A DNA stretch of 64,000 bases from SAR86 cluster bacterium AG-422-O05 (GCA_003213495.1 QCMW01000001.1:710104-774103); one strand, 5' to 3'; numbered from the stretch's first letter, positions 29,197-37,804 are shown. Notes: generated by a model not told the origin, from the sequence alone. A program made the numbers and translations.

Positions 29197-30762
29197 ATGG
29201 GTAAGCTGTCAGTCAATAAAAAACATATTGATACTATCTTAGTACTTGATTTTGGTTCTCAATATACTCAATTAATAGCAAGAAGAATTCGAGAAAGCAA
29301 TGTATATTCTGAAATTCTTCCTTGGGACATTGATGAAAAAAAAATACAAGACTTAAATCCAAAAGGTGTTGTTCTTTCTGGTGGACCAAACTCAGTTACT
29401 GATTCCCATACACCAAGAATTCCTCAATGTATTTTTGAATTAAATATTCCAATTCTTGGTATTTGTTATGGCATGCAGACTCTTGCAGAACAAATGGGTG
29501 GTCAGGTGGTATCTGTTGATAAAAAGGAATTTGGACATACAAGTTTAGATGTTGAAAATGACTCAGTTCTCTTCAAAGACATCAATAAAACAATAAATGT
29601 TTGGATGAGTCATGGTGATCAAGTTCAAGATTTACCAGACGAATTTGATTTAATTGCTTCCACTAAGACTGCTCCCATTGCAGCCATGCAGCATAAAAAT
29701 TTACCTATTTATGCAATACAGTTTCATCCTGAAGTGACACACACACAAGATGGTCATGTTCTGCTTGAGAACTTTATTTTTGAGATTTGTCACGCTCATA
29801 CAGACTGGAAAATGGATGACTTAATTTCTTCAAGAATTAAAGAAATAAAAGAGCAAGTTCAAGATAACAAAGTATTGCTTGGTCTTTCTGGAGGAGTCGA
29901 TTCTTCTGTCACTGCTGCACTTTTACATAAAGCTATTGGTAAAAAATTAGTATGTGTTTTTGTTGATAATGGACTTTTAAGAAAGGGAGAAGCAGAGCAA
30001 GTAATGCAAACATTTAAAGAAAATATGCAATTAAATGTAGTTAAATCTGATAGTCAAGAAACTTTCCTAAGACATTTAAAAGAAATTGAAGATCCTGAAC
30101 AGAAAAGAAAAATTATTGGAAGAACTTTTATTGACGTTTTTGATGCTGAAGCAATGAAGCTTAAAGACATAAGATTTTTAGCACAAGGAACAATTTATCC
30201 TGATGTCATAGAGTCTTCAGGCTCAGAGTCAAAAGAAGCTCGAGTAATTAAATCTCATCATAATGTTGGGGGTCTTCCAGAAGATATGAAGCTAGATTTG
30301 GTAGAGCCTTTAAGAGATTTATTTAAGGATGAAGTAAGAAAAATAGGAATTGAGCTTGGAATACCTAAAGAGATGATAGAAAGGCATCCTTTTCCTGGTC
30401 CAGGTTTGGGAGTAAGGATACTTGGCGAAGTTACTAAAGAAAAAACCAAAATTCTTCAAAATGCTGACCACATTTTTATCGAAGAATTAATTAGAGCTGA
30501 TTTGTATAACACAGTTAGTCAAGCCTTTGCAGTTTTGTTGCCTGTAAAATCGGTGGGTGTAGTTGGTGATGAAAGAAGATATGCCGAGGTTATTGCATTA
30601 AGGGCTGTTGAAACAGTAGATTTCATGACAGCTAGGTGGGCACAACTACCATATGAGTTTCTAGAACATGTTTCAAATAGAATTGTTAATGAAATTGAGG
30701 CAGTAAGCAGAGTTGTTTATGATATCTCTAGCAAACCACCAGCAACTATTGAGTGGGAGTGA
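29197..30762 (+). CDS. guaA: GMP synthase (glutamine-hydrolysing)
   Basis: GATase (GICYGMQ; QFHPEV.HT), the ATP-PPase SGGVDSSV motif, and a C-terminal ...KPP(A)TIEWE-stop typical of GuaA. Confidence 0.95.
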   Translation: MGKLSVNKKHIDTILVLDFGSQYTQLIARRIRESNVYSEILPWDIDEKKIQDLNPKGVVLSGGPNSVTDSHTPRIPQCIFELNIPILGICYGMQTLAEQMGGQVVSVDKKEFGHTSLDVENDSVLFKDINKTINVWMSHGDQVQDLPDEFDLIASTKTAPIAAMQHKNLPIYAIQFHPEVTHTQDGHVLLENFIFEICHAHTDWKMDDLISSRIKEIKEQVQDNKVLLGLSGGVDSSVTAALLHKAIGKKLVCVFVDNGLLRKGEAEQVMQTFKENMQLNVVKSDSQETFLRHLKEIEDPEQKRKIIGRTFIDVFDAEAMKLKDIRFLAQGTIYPDVIESSGSESKEARVIKSHHNVGGLPEDMKLDLVEPLRDLFKDEVRKIGIELGIPKEMIERHPFPGPGLGVRILGEVTKEKTKILQNADHIFIEELIRADLYNTVSQAFAVLLPVKSVGVVGDERRYAEVIALRAVETVDFMTARWAQLPYEFLEHVSNRIVNEIEAVSRVVYDISSKPPATIEWE

Positions 30763-30764
30763 AA
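30742..30764 (+). repeat. Direct repeat copy 1 (guaA 3' end, att-like): GCAACTATTGAGTGGGAGTGAAA
   Basis: The 19 bp at 30742-30760 are identical to 31584-31602. The match extends to 23 bp with one mismatch, which is the stop codon (TGA versus TAA). Confidence 0.9.
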
Positions 30765-30775
30765 AATATCCCTGT

Positions 30776-30798
30776 AACCCTTATTCTTAAAGGGTTTT
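30776..30798 (+). terminator. Putative intrinsic terminator of guaA
   Basis: AACCCTT-attctta-AAGGGTT followed by TTcgTTT: 7-bp stem, 7-nt loop, interrupted T-tract. Confidence 0.5.
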
Positions 30799-30800
30799 CG

Positions 30801-30819
30801 TTTGACAAAGTTTGTCAAA
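30801..30819. promoter_or_regulatory. Perfect 19-bp palindrome TTTGACAAA-G-TTTGTCAAA (operator-like or recombination-site-like)
   Basis: Read directly: 9-bp arms around a central G. The related 16-mer AAAACTTTGACAAATT occurs at 30845-30860 and 31503-31518. Confidence 0.6.
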
Positions 30820-30844
30820 CTTAACAAATATCATCTCTTTTTTT

Positions 30845-30874
30845 AAAACTTTGACAAATTTCTGCAACTATTGA
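30845..30874 (+). repeat. Short version of the repeat block: AAAACTTTGACAAATT + tc + TGCAACTATTGA (partial att-like copy 2)
   Basis: The 16-mer is identical to 31503-31518 and the 12-mer is identical to 31583-31594. The two parts are 2 nt apart here versus 64 nt apart in the long copy. Confidence 0.8.
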
Positions 30875-30903
30875 AAGTCATATGTTCATGGCATAATAAT
30901 TAA

Positions 30904-31467
30904 ATGCGAAAATCTCATTTATTATTTTTTCTACTCCTGAGTTCTTTTTTTTTACAATCTCAAACCGTACCAAATGGCACATATTATGGTTCAACTTTAA
31001 TGTGTAACAACGGTTATAAAAATGTTGGTGGACAATGCCTAAAACTTCCTTCAGTTTCAAATGGCACATATTATGGTTCAACTTTAATGTGTAACAACGG
31101 TTATAAAAATGTTGGTGGACAATGTAACAAAATGACACCACAGGAAGCAGAGCAACAAAGAATACAGATGGCAATAATTGCAGCACAGGCAAGAGCAGCA
31201 AATAGAGAATTTTATATTGACGATGAAAAATTTACATTAAGGGACATTTCAAGAAAATGTGAGGTCTATAGGTATAGTGATAATTATGGAGATGTTGAAT
31301 GCAGTGGTTATAAATTTCGAGTAATTGAACGAAAATGTGAGGCATATTTTTCTGGCAAGAACGATAAAAGTGGAGATTTGGAGTGTCGTGGAAGTGATTT
31401 CAGACCAATCGAAAGATATTGCTCGACCACAATGTATTCAGATAACTATGGAGATATTGATTGTTAA
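30904..31467 (+). CDS. Secreted cysteine-rich repeat protein, unknown function
   Basis: Signal peptide MRKSHLLFFLLLSSFFLQSQ. Two identical 22-residue units (NGTYYGSTLMCNNGYKNVGGQC). Three C-terminal units of the type (I)(E/S)R.C....YSDNYGD(V/I)(E/D)C.G..FR. 10 Cys in total. Confidence 0.6.
   Translation: MRKSHLLFFLLLSSFFLQSQTVPNGTYYGSTLMCNNGYKNVGGQCLKLPSVSNGTYYGSTLMCNNGYKNVGGQCNKMTPQEAEQQRIQMAIIAAQARAANREFYIDDEKFTLRDISRKCEVYRYSDNYGDVECSGYKFRVIERKCEAYFSGKNDKSGDLECRGSDFRPIERYCSTTMYSDNYGDIDC
30971..31124 (+). repeat. Tandem duplication inside the Cys-rich gene (67 bp perfect, 87-bp period)
   Basis: 30971-31037 is identical to 31058-31124 by direct comparison. The 87-bp period equals 29 codons. 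Confidence 0.95.
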
Positions 31468-31502
31468 ATAATTTAAAAATTACCCACTACACCCTTAGTT
31501 TC

Positions 31503-31606
31503 AAAACTTTGACAAATTGGCAAAACACAAAAAAGGCACTCGGAAACACAGTCACAGTAGGGGTTTCAGAGGTGGTGTTTTGTGCAACTATTGAGTGGGA
31601 GTAAAA
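31503..31606 (+). repeat. Long version of the repeat block, ending in direct repeat copy 3 (GCAACTATTGAGTGGGAGTAAAA, a pseudo-3' end of guaA)
   Basis: 16-mer at 31503-31518 and 19-mer at 31584-31602, which still reads A-T-I-E-W-E-stop. An internal 8-bp inverted repeat CAAAACAC (31521-31528) / GTGTTTTG (31575-31582) has a nested GAAAC/GTTTC pair. Confidence 0.85.
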
Positions 31607-31654
31607 CATGTTATACAGTTCATTAGAATTTTATTTTCTTTGGGTATTTAATTC

Positions 31655-33331
31655 ATGAAACAAAAAGTAGGTTTGTTAGTTGACAGCTTGTATGTATCAA
31701 AGCAAATAAAAGATTTTATAGATTTGTCACTTACGTCTAATAATTATGAAATATCAACTATTATTGTAAATAATTCAAGCGTATTATCCGAAGTACCACG
31801 AAAAAAAATATTCAAATATATTCAAAGAAAGGGTTTCTCCAAATTTATAAATAAAGTCTTCTTTGTGATTTTATATAGATTAGAAAAAAAAATTATTAGT
31901 AGAAAATTAATTTATAAGGACTTTTATAATATCTATAAACTTGCAGAAAGTGATTTTGAAGTAATAAAGGTGTCACCAATTATTTCTAAAAGTGGTTTGT
32001 CTTATACCTATGATGATTCTGATTTAGAAAAGATCAAACGTGCTAACCTTCAATTATTAGTTCGAGGTGGCAGACGGATACTAAGGGGTAAAATCTTAAC
32101 TTGCTGCCCGAATGGAATAATTTCATTTCATCATGCAGATAATGATGTAAACAGGGGAGGGCCTGCTGGATTTTGGGAAGTCTATAAAAAACAACCAAGA
32201 ACTGGATTTATCATTCAACGATTAAACGAAGAATTAGATGGAGGTGATGTTCTATATAAAGGTTTTATTCGCACTAGCTGGTTTTATAGTCTAAATAAAG
32301 CAAAATTATATGAAATTTCAAATCCGTTTTTGCACAAAACTATTGATGAGATAACCTCAAACTCTCCAAATTTAAAAATTTATCCAAAAACACCTTATGT
32401 CAAAAAGCTTTATACAGTTCCAAACATAATACAAGTACTGAATTATCTACTTAAAACAGCCTCTATATATCTTCGTAAAAAAGTAAGTAGATTTTTTGGG
32501 AGAAGAATTAGATGGAGTATTGCATACCAATTTACAAACTCTTGGCTAAAACCAGACTTAGGCAGCTCTGTAAAAATTCAAAATCCTAAAAATCGATTTC
32601 TTGCAGATCCTTTTTTAATCTATCGAAACGGGAAGCATTATTGTTTCGTTGAAGATTTTGATTACTCTAGAGACCAAGGTTGTATATCAGTTTATGAGAT
32701 TCGTAAAGAAGGATATTCCAAATTAGGCAAAGCGCTAGTTGAGGATTTCCACCTAGCCTATCCTTACTTGTTTGAATTTAAAGGCGAGCTATATATGTGT
32801 CCTGATACACATGCAAAGAATGACATAAGGCTATATAAATGTGTTGAATTTCCCCTAAAGTGGGAATTTGAAAAGACCCTGATTAATAATATATCTGCTG
32901 TAGATACATCTATATTTTTTCATAAAGATAGATGGTGGCTTATATCTAATATGGATTATAGTCCCGTTGGAGAGCATTACTCACAATTACATGTTTTTCA
33001 TAATTCAAGTCCAATTGGCGAAGACTGGATTCCGCACAAGTCCAACCCAGCAATATTTGATCCTTTAAAGGCAAGAAATGGTGGATTTATAATAGATAAA
33101 TCTAAGCTTTATAGGGTATACCAAAGGCAAGGGTTTAACTTATATGGACGAGCATTTGGAGTAGCAGAAATAAAATCTTTAAGTACTGAAGCATATAGAG
33201 AAGAGAGTTTATTTGAGGTTGAACCAGATTTTTTTCCAAATCTAATTGGGACACATACATATAATTATAGTGAAGGCTTATTAGTTTTTGATTATGCAAA
33301 CAATTCAAATAAGAAATCGGGGGCCATTTAG
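31655..33331 (+). CDS. Fusion protein: formyltransferase-like N-terminal domain plus an uncharacterised beta-rich C-terminal domain
   Basis: 558 aa. The N-domain aligns with the Fmt/PurN/ArnA core: IISFHHADNDVNRGG versus I-N-V-H-x8-RG, and LDGGDVLY versus LDTGDMLY. The catalytic Asn is replaced by Ser. The C-domain (about residues 290-558) starts with RFLADPFL.Y..G.HY.FVEDF and has no assignable function. Confidence 0.55.
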   Translation: MKQKVGLLVDSLYVSKQIKDFIDLSLTSNNYEISTIIVNNSSVLSEVPRKKIFKYIQRKGFSKFINKVFFVILYRLEKKIISRKLIYKDFYNIYKLAESDFEVIKVSPIISKSGLSYTYDDSDLEKIKRANLQLLVRGGRRILRGKILTCCPNGIISFHHADNDVNRGGPAGFWEVYKKQPRTGFIIQRLNEELDGGDVLYKGFIRTSWFYSLNKAKLYEISNPFLHKTIDEITSNSPNLKIYPKTPYVKKLYTVPNIIQVLNYLLKTASIYLRKKVSRFFGRRIRWSIAYQFTNSWLKPDLGSSVKIQNPKNRFLADPFLIYRNGKHYCFVEDFDYSRDQGCISVYEIRKEGYSKLGKALVEDFHLAYPYLFEFKGELYMCPDTHAKNDIRLYKCVEFPLKWEFEKTLINNISAVDTSIFFHKDRWWLISNMDYSPVGEHYSQLHVFHNSSPIGEDWIPHKSNPAIFDPLKARNGGFIIDKSKLYRVYQRQGFNLYGRAFGVAEIKSLSTEAYREESLFEVEPDFFPNLIGTHTYNYSEGLLVFDYANNSNKKSGAI

Positions 33332-33346
33332 CCTCATCAATGAGAC

Positions 33347-34582
33347 ATGAATATTAACAGAATTAAATTTTTAGTTCTTTGGTTTATTGGCGCTCTTATC
33401 TACTTTTTTTCTGTAAGAAATACAGAAATATCTTTAGTGGGGATTATAGCTCCGTTAAGCTTTTGTTTTTTAGCTATACTTGTTTTACGAGTATTATCTG
33501 AAAGGTATAAAACCTTATTTGCTTATTTGTTATTTTTTTCAACTGGCATACTAACTTTTTTTGGTGTCATAAAACCTCTTACAGGTTCTGTAAGTGAGTC
33601 TCCTAACATTCTTTTTTTTGGATTTTCATTCTATACACTTTCACTAGCATTTTTTGCAAAGAATGCAAAAAAACTCGATTTGTTGGATAGTGTTAAAGTT
33701 TCTAATCCAGCATTGTTGGCTAGTGGCCCCATTGCTCTTTTTGTTAGAGATTATCGCTATAGGAGTTTCCATAATCGATTAAATTATTACTTACCTTTTT
33801 TTATAATTGGTTTTTTTCTCTTTCATATTATTGGAGTTCCATTAGTACCTTTATTTAAGCTTATTTATTTAACAGATGCTGTATCAGCTTTACTTTTTGC
33901 AATAATTTTTGAACTATTTTTGTATGCAAATTTTTGCGGTCTATCTCTAATGCTGTATGGGTTATTTGGGATAATTGGCTATAAAATTCCGTTAAATTTT
34001 AAACAACCATTTTCAAGTAGTAATATTATTGAATTCTGGAGAGGTTGGCATCTTTCATTATCCGCAGTTTTGAAGTTATTGTTTTATAAACCATTGAGGA
34101 GGAGCTTTCCTCCAAGCATTGCTTTATTAGGCGTATTTTTGGCTTCTGGAATATGGCATGGAGTAACTATAAATTTTTTGATTTGGGGTATTTTTCATGC
34201 CTTAATTTTTCTATTTACAATATATTTGTTAAGACTAAATATCCCTTTCCTCCCAACAATTGTATTAATCTTGTCTGTAACAATTGGAAGGCTTATTTTT
34301 GCAGAGGGCGATACTGATATATTAATGGAAAAATTATTATTTTCTTTTGAGGGATATGGTACGCTTATCGAGATCGCGTCTTTGCCGCCGACAACGAAAG
34401 CATCATTGCTTTTAGGTTTTGGTATCATTGCTATTGAGTTTTTTTTCAGAAATATGCCAATAGTCAAAAAAAGAAATTATAAGTATTTAAGGGCTCCTTT
34501 CTCGCTTGCTATCATTTTGATTATTACAATAATCCTAATTAATAGTGGAGGGCTAAATTTTGCAGTATACGGGCAACGCTAA
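33347..34582 (+). CDS. MBOAT-family membrane-bound O-acyltransferase (AlgI/DltB/PatA-like)
   Basis: 411 aa, polytopic. Conserved (E)FWR(G)WH(L)SLS..L(K) motif with the catalytic His, and a downstream SG(I)WHG. Confidence 0.8.
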   Translation: MNINRIKFLVLWFIGALIYFFSVRNTEISLVGIIAPLSFCFLAILVLRVLSERYKTLFAYLLFFSTGILTFFGVIKPLTGSVSESPNILFFGFSFYTLSLAFFAKNAKKLDLLDSVKVSNPALLASGPIALFVRDYRYRSFHNRLNYYLPFFIIGFFLFHIIGVPLVPLFKLIYLTDAVSALLFAIIFELFLYANFCGLSLMLYGLFGIIGYKIPLNFKQPFSSSNIIEFWRGWHLSLSAVLKLLFYKPLRRSFPPSIALLGVFLASGIWHGVTINFLIWGIFHALIFLFTIYLLRLNIPFLPTIVLILSVTIGRLIFAEGDTDILMEKLLFSFEGYGTLIEIASLPPTTKASLLLGFGIIAIEFFFRNMPIVKKRNYKYLRAPFSLAIILIITIILINSGGLNFAVYGQR

Positions 34583-35495
34583 TAAATTTGTATGGTATTT
34601 CATAATACCTATATTAATTATCTTTTATGTTTCTTATATTTTTTGGTCAGATAAAAATTATGTAAATAAACCGGTTTACGAAGCAATAAAGAACAAACAG
34701 CAAGCATTAAAAAATCTTGATCGTATAGATGGTGTCATTTTGGGTGGCTCCAATGCTTGGTGGGGAATAAGTGCCGAATCTTTAAGCTTGTATTCGGATA
34801 TGACCTGGGCAAATCTTGCTATACCTGCAGAAGGTTATACCGACGAAAATTATGAAAGCTTTCTAGTGGATACATTAAGTCTCACAAAGAGACAAGACGT
34901 TTCTATTGTTGTTTACAGTGCATCGACACTAGTCAGAAATGACTATATTAAGAGAAAAAGAGTTAACACAAACTTATATGGTAAAAATAAAATTTCTTAT
35001 AAACCTCAACGCTCTTTAGCTTCAAATTTAAAAGATTTGATGGGCCTTACAGGTTTTAGGCCATATCCAGTAGAAAATAATTATGGAGACTTTGGCTTTG
35101 CTGATTATCCTTGTGGTACTTTTAAAGCAAATCCTCATAATCCTAGAGTATATCTAAATGAAAATGATTTGTATCCATGGACCTCAGCACAATTAGAGAG
35201 AATATCTTTTCTATTTCCTAATGCAACAATTCTTATCTATATGCCTAATGGTTTTAATGATCAAATCATGGATAAAAATGACCATTTAAGAGAGGCTTTG
35301 ATAATCAAGTTACAAGATCTTCTTGTTTCAAGAGAAAAAAATGGAAAGGGTTTGGTCCACTTATTATCTCAAGATCCATATCAATCCTCTGATCTTATGT
35401 GCGCTGACGATTGGCATGCAAATAATGAAGGTAGGGCATTGCATACCAGAAATCTCTATTGGTCAATAAATAATAGGTTACAACTCAAGAAATGA
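34560..35495 (+). CDS. Membrane-anchored SGNH/GDSL-like esterase or acyltransferase (partner of the MBOAT)
   Basis: A TTG start overlaps the MBOAT 3' end by 23 nt. N-terminal TM helix. SGNH blocks appear in the correct order: I = VILGGSNAWWG, III = NGFND, V = DDWHAN. Confidence 0.6.
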   Translation: MQYTGNANKFVWYFIIPILIIFYVSYIFWSDKNYVNKPVYEAIKNKQQALKNLDRIDGVILGGSNAWWGISAESLSLYSDMTWANLAIPAEGYTDENYESFLVDTLSLTKRQDVSIVVYSASTLVRNDYIKRKRVNTNLYGKNKISYKPQRSLASNLKDLMGLTGFRPYPVENNYGDFGFADYPCGTFKANPHNPRVYLNENDLYPWTSAQLERISFLFPNATILIYMPNGFNDQIMDKNDHLREALIIKLQDLLVSREKNGKGLVHLLSQDPYQSSDLMCADDWHANNEGRALHTRNLYWSINNRLQLKK

Positions 35496-35515
35496 TACTT
35501 ATATCTTAATAAAGT

Positions 35516-35536
35516 AATTATTGAGTGAAATAAAAA
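35516..35536 (+). repeat. Degenerate fourth copy of the guaA-end repeat (TAATTATTGAGTGAAATAAAA)
   Basis: ATTATTGAGTG matches ACTATTGAGTG at 10 of 11 positions and is followed by a shortened spacer and TAAAA. It lies in the 106-nt gap before guaC. The match is weaker than for copies 1-3. Confidence 0.4.
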
Positions 35537-35601
35537 TTGTAATAATCGTTTTAAATACAATATTATTAATATAAAGTAATAAAGCTGAGGAGAATTTACT
35601 T

Positions 35602-36594
35602 TTGTTAATTAATGAAGATATAAAACTTGATTATTCAGATGTATTAATCAGGCCAAAAAGATCGAGAATGAGTTCTAGAGGGGAGGTAAGACTTTTTAGA
35701 ACGCACCGTTTTCTTTGGAGTAAGAAAAAATGGACTGGAATTCCTATTATGTCTGCTAATATGGATACAGTTGGCACACCGTCAATGCACAATGTTCTTT
35801 CAAAACATAAACTTATAACTTGTCCAGCTAAACACTATCTTAAAAATGATTCAAATAAATTTAATAAAGGTAAATCTAATATCTGTTGGTTTGGCGGTAT
35901 AGATGATATTTCAAAATTATCTAAAACTTCTACTGGTTTTATCGGTCTTGACGTAGCAAATGGCTATACTATTAAATTTGTTGACTCTGTCAAGAAACTT
36001 AGAGATAAATGTCCTAATGCAACTATTGCTGCAGGAAATGTAGTTACTGCAGATATGACACAGGAATTAATCTTAGCTGGAGCAGATATTGTTAAAGTTG
36101 GTATAGGTCCAGGCTCAGTTTGCACAACAAGAATCAAAACAGGTATCGGCTATCCTCAATTAAGTGCTGTTATTGAATGTGCAGATGCAGCACATGGCTT
36201 AAATGCCCATATTATTGCTGATGGAGGTTGTACTAGTTCCGGAGACATAGTTAAAGCTTTTGCCGGAGGTGCAGACTTTGTAATGATTGGTGGCATGTTG
36301 GCAGGACATGATGAATGTGACGGCACAATCGAAGATGGAGTTATGAAATTTTATGGCATGGCCTCTGAATCAGCTATGACTAGACATAGTAATCATAATA
36401 ACTACAGAGGAACTGAAGGAAAAACAGTTGAAATTGAATATCGAGGTAAAGCAGATGACACAATTAAAGATATTCTGAGTGGCATTAGGTCTGCATGTAC
36501 CTATGTGGGCGCAAATAAATTAAAAGATCTATCTAAATGCACAACTTTTTTAAGAGTTAATAATACACACAATACTGTTTTTGGAAACGAATAA
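35602..36594 (+). CDS. guaC: GMP reductase
   Basis: Collinear with E. coli GuaC (ED.KL...DVLIRPKRS; ANMDTVGT; [14 protein letters not shown]; ADGGC...GD..KAF..GADFVM.GG..AGH.E). TTG start with AGGAG 9 nt upstream. Confidence 0.9.
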   Translation: MLINEDIKLDYSDVLIRPKRSRMSSRGEVRLFRTHRFLWSKKKWTGIPIMSANMDTVGTPSMHNVLSKHKLITCPAKHYLKNDSNKFNKGKSNICWFGGIDDISKLSKTSTGFIGLDVANGYTIKFVDSVKKLRDKCPNATIAAGNVVTADMTQELILAGADIVKVGIGPGSVCTTRIKTGIGYPQLSAVIECADAAHGLNAHIIADGGCTSSGDIVKAFAGGADFVMIGGMLAGHDECDGTIEDGVMKFYGMASESAMTRHSNHNNYRGTEGKTVEIEYRGKADDTIKDILSGIRSACTYVGANKLKDLSKCTTFLRVNNTHNTVFGNE

Positions 36595-36643
36595 ATCCAT
36601 ATGAGACTTTTTAGCTCCATGGAATAAGAAATTATTAGTAACA

Positions 36644-37795
36644 ATGAAAAAGACTTTAATTGTATTAGCTTTTTTTTTGATGGTTATTCTTGCATGGGCA
36701 TTACCATATTTTAAAGATTTACGTGATCAAGGCCTTACAGCTGAAATTGCATATGCGTATTTTTTTGGTAGACCAGATCATATTTTTAATCCAAAAGACG
36801 CTGTACCTCAGCTTGATTATTCAAAAGAGAGTTCTTGGGCATCACTACCTAAAATAAAAGATGAGGCAGATTTAATTCCTCTTGGCGAAGTTGGAATTAA
36901 TCAATTAAACTCAAAAGTAGATGTATTTTTTGTGCACCCCACGGGATATTTGAAGGGAAATTATTGGACCGATCCTCTTGATGAAGAGTCTGCAACAAAA
37001 GAAAATACTCGATGGATGATGGCTAATCAAGCTAGTGTTTTTAATGGATGTTGCAGTATATATGCACCTCATTATCGTCAAGCATCAATTTATAGCTATT
37101 ATGGTAGTGATAAATTACGTGATGAAATCCATTCATTTGTATACCAGGATGTAAAAAAAGCATTTGAGTACTTTATAAAAAATTATAGTAACGGCAGACC
37201 ATTTATTATCGCAAGTCATAGTCAGGGCACAGGACATTCTATTAGGTTGCTTGCTGAGGAAATTGATGGAACAAATTTATATCCTAGGATGGTTGGCGCC
37301 TACATTATTGGTGGCGAGATTTCAAAATCTTGGTTAAACAAGATGGATGATATATCCATCTGTGATAGCCCAGATGAATTAGGATGTTTTGTTCATTGGG
37401 ATACGATTAATGTAAAGTACATAGATATGAATATGCAAAGATACAAAAATAATATTTGTGTTAATCCCATAACTTGGAAAAATGAAGGAACTTTATCGAA
37501 TCTTAATGATGCGAGGGGAGCTGTATATGTATCAGGCAATTTTTCAATAGATTTTGGAAGAGATGATGATCCTAAAGGAGAAACTTTTGGTCCTCTAGAG
37601 GCACCAATTAAGCATTACGTTCAAGCTCAGTGTAAAGATGGAATTTTATTTGCATCGGATCAAACAGGAACAAGATTTCAAGGATTTGCTGGTTCTGATG
37701 GAAATTATCATGGCCTAGACTTCGCTCTTTTTTATATAGATATCCGTGAAAATGCCATACTTAAAGTTAACACCTATCTAGAAGCTTTTGATTAA
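36644..37795 (+). CDS. DUF3089-like alpha/beta hydrolase (lipase-like), secreted or membrane-anchored
   Basis: N-terminal hydrophobic anchor. VDVFFVHPT, YAP.YRQAS and the nucleophile elbow SHSQG are typical of DUF3089. Confidence 0.6.
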   Translation: MKKTLIVLAFFLMVILAWALPYFKDLRDQGLTAEIAYAYFFGRPDHIFNPKDAVPQLDYSKESSWASLPKIKDEADLIPLGEVGINQLNSKVDVFFVHPTGYLKGNYWTDPLDEESATKENTRWMMANQASVFNGCCSIYAPHYRQASIYSYYGSDKLRDEIHSFVYQDVKKAFEYFIKNYSNGRPFIIASHSQGTGHSIRLLAEEIDGTNLYPRMVGAYIIGGEISKSWLNKMDDISICDSPDELGCFVHWDTINVKYIDMNMQRYKNNICVNPITWKNEGTLSNLNDARGAVYVSGNFSIDFGRDDDPKGETFGPLEAPIKHYVQAQCKDGILFASDQTGTRFQGFAGSDGNYHGLDFALFYIDIRENAILKVNTYLEAFD

Positions 37796-37804
37796 TTAGA
37801 AACA

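Noticed and set aside
31521-31582. The inverted repeat CAAAACAC…GTGTTTTG with a nested GAAAC/GTTTC, considered as an integron attC site or a small RNA.
   Set aside because: No RYYYAAC/GTTRRRY core sites and no intI gene are present. The structure is more simply part of the att-like repeat block reported above. ncRNA status is untestable here.
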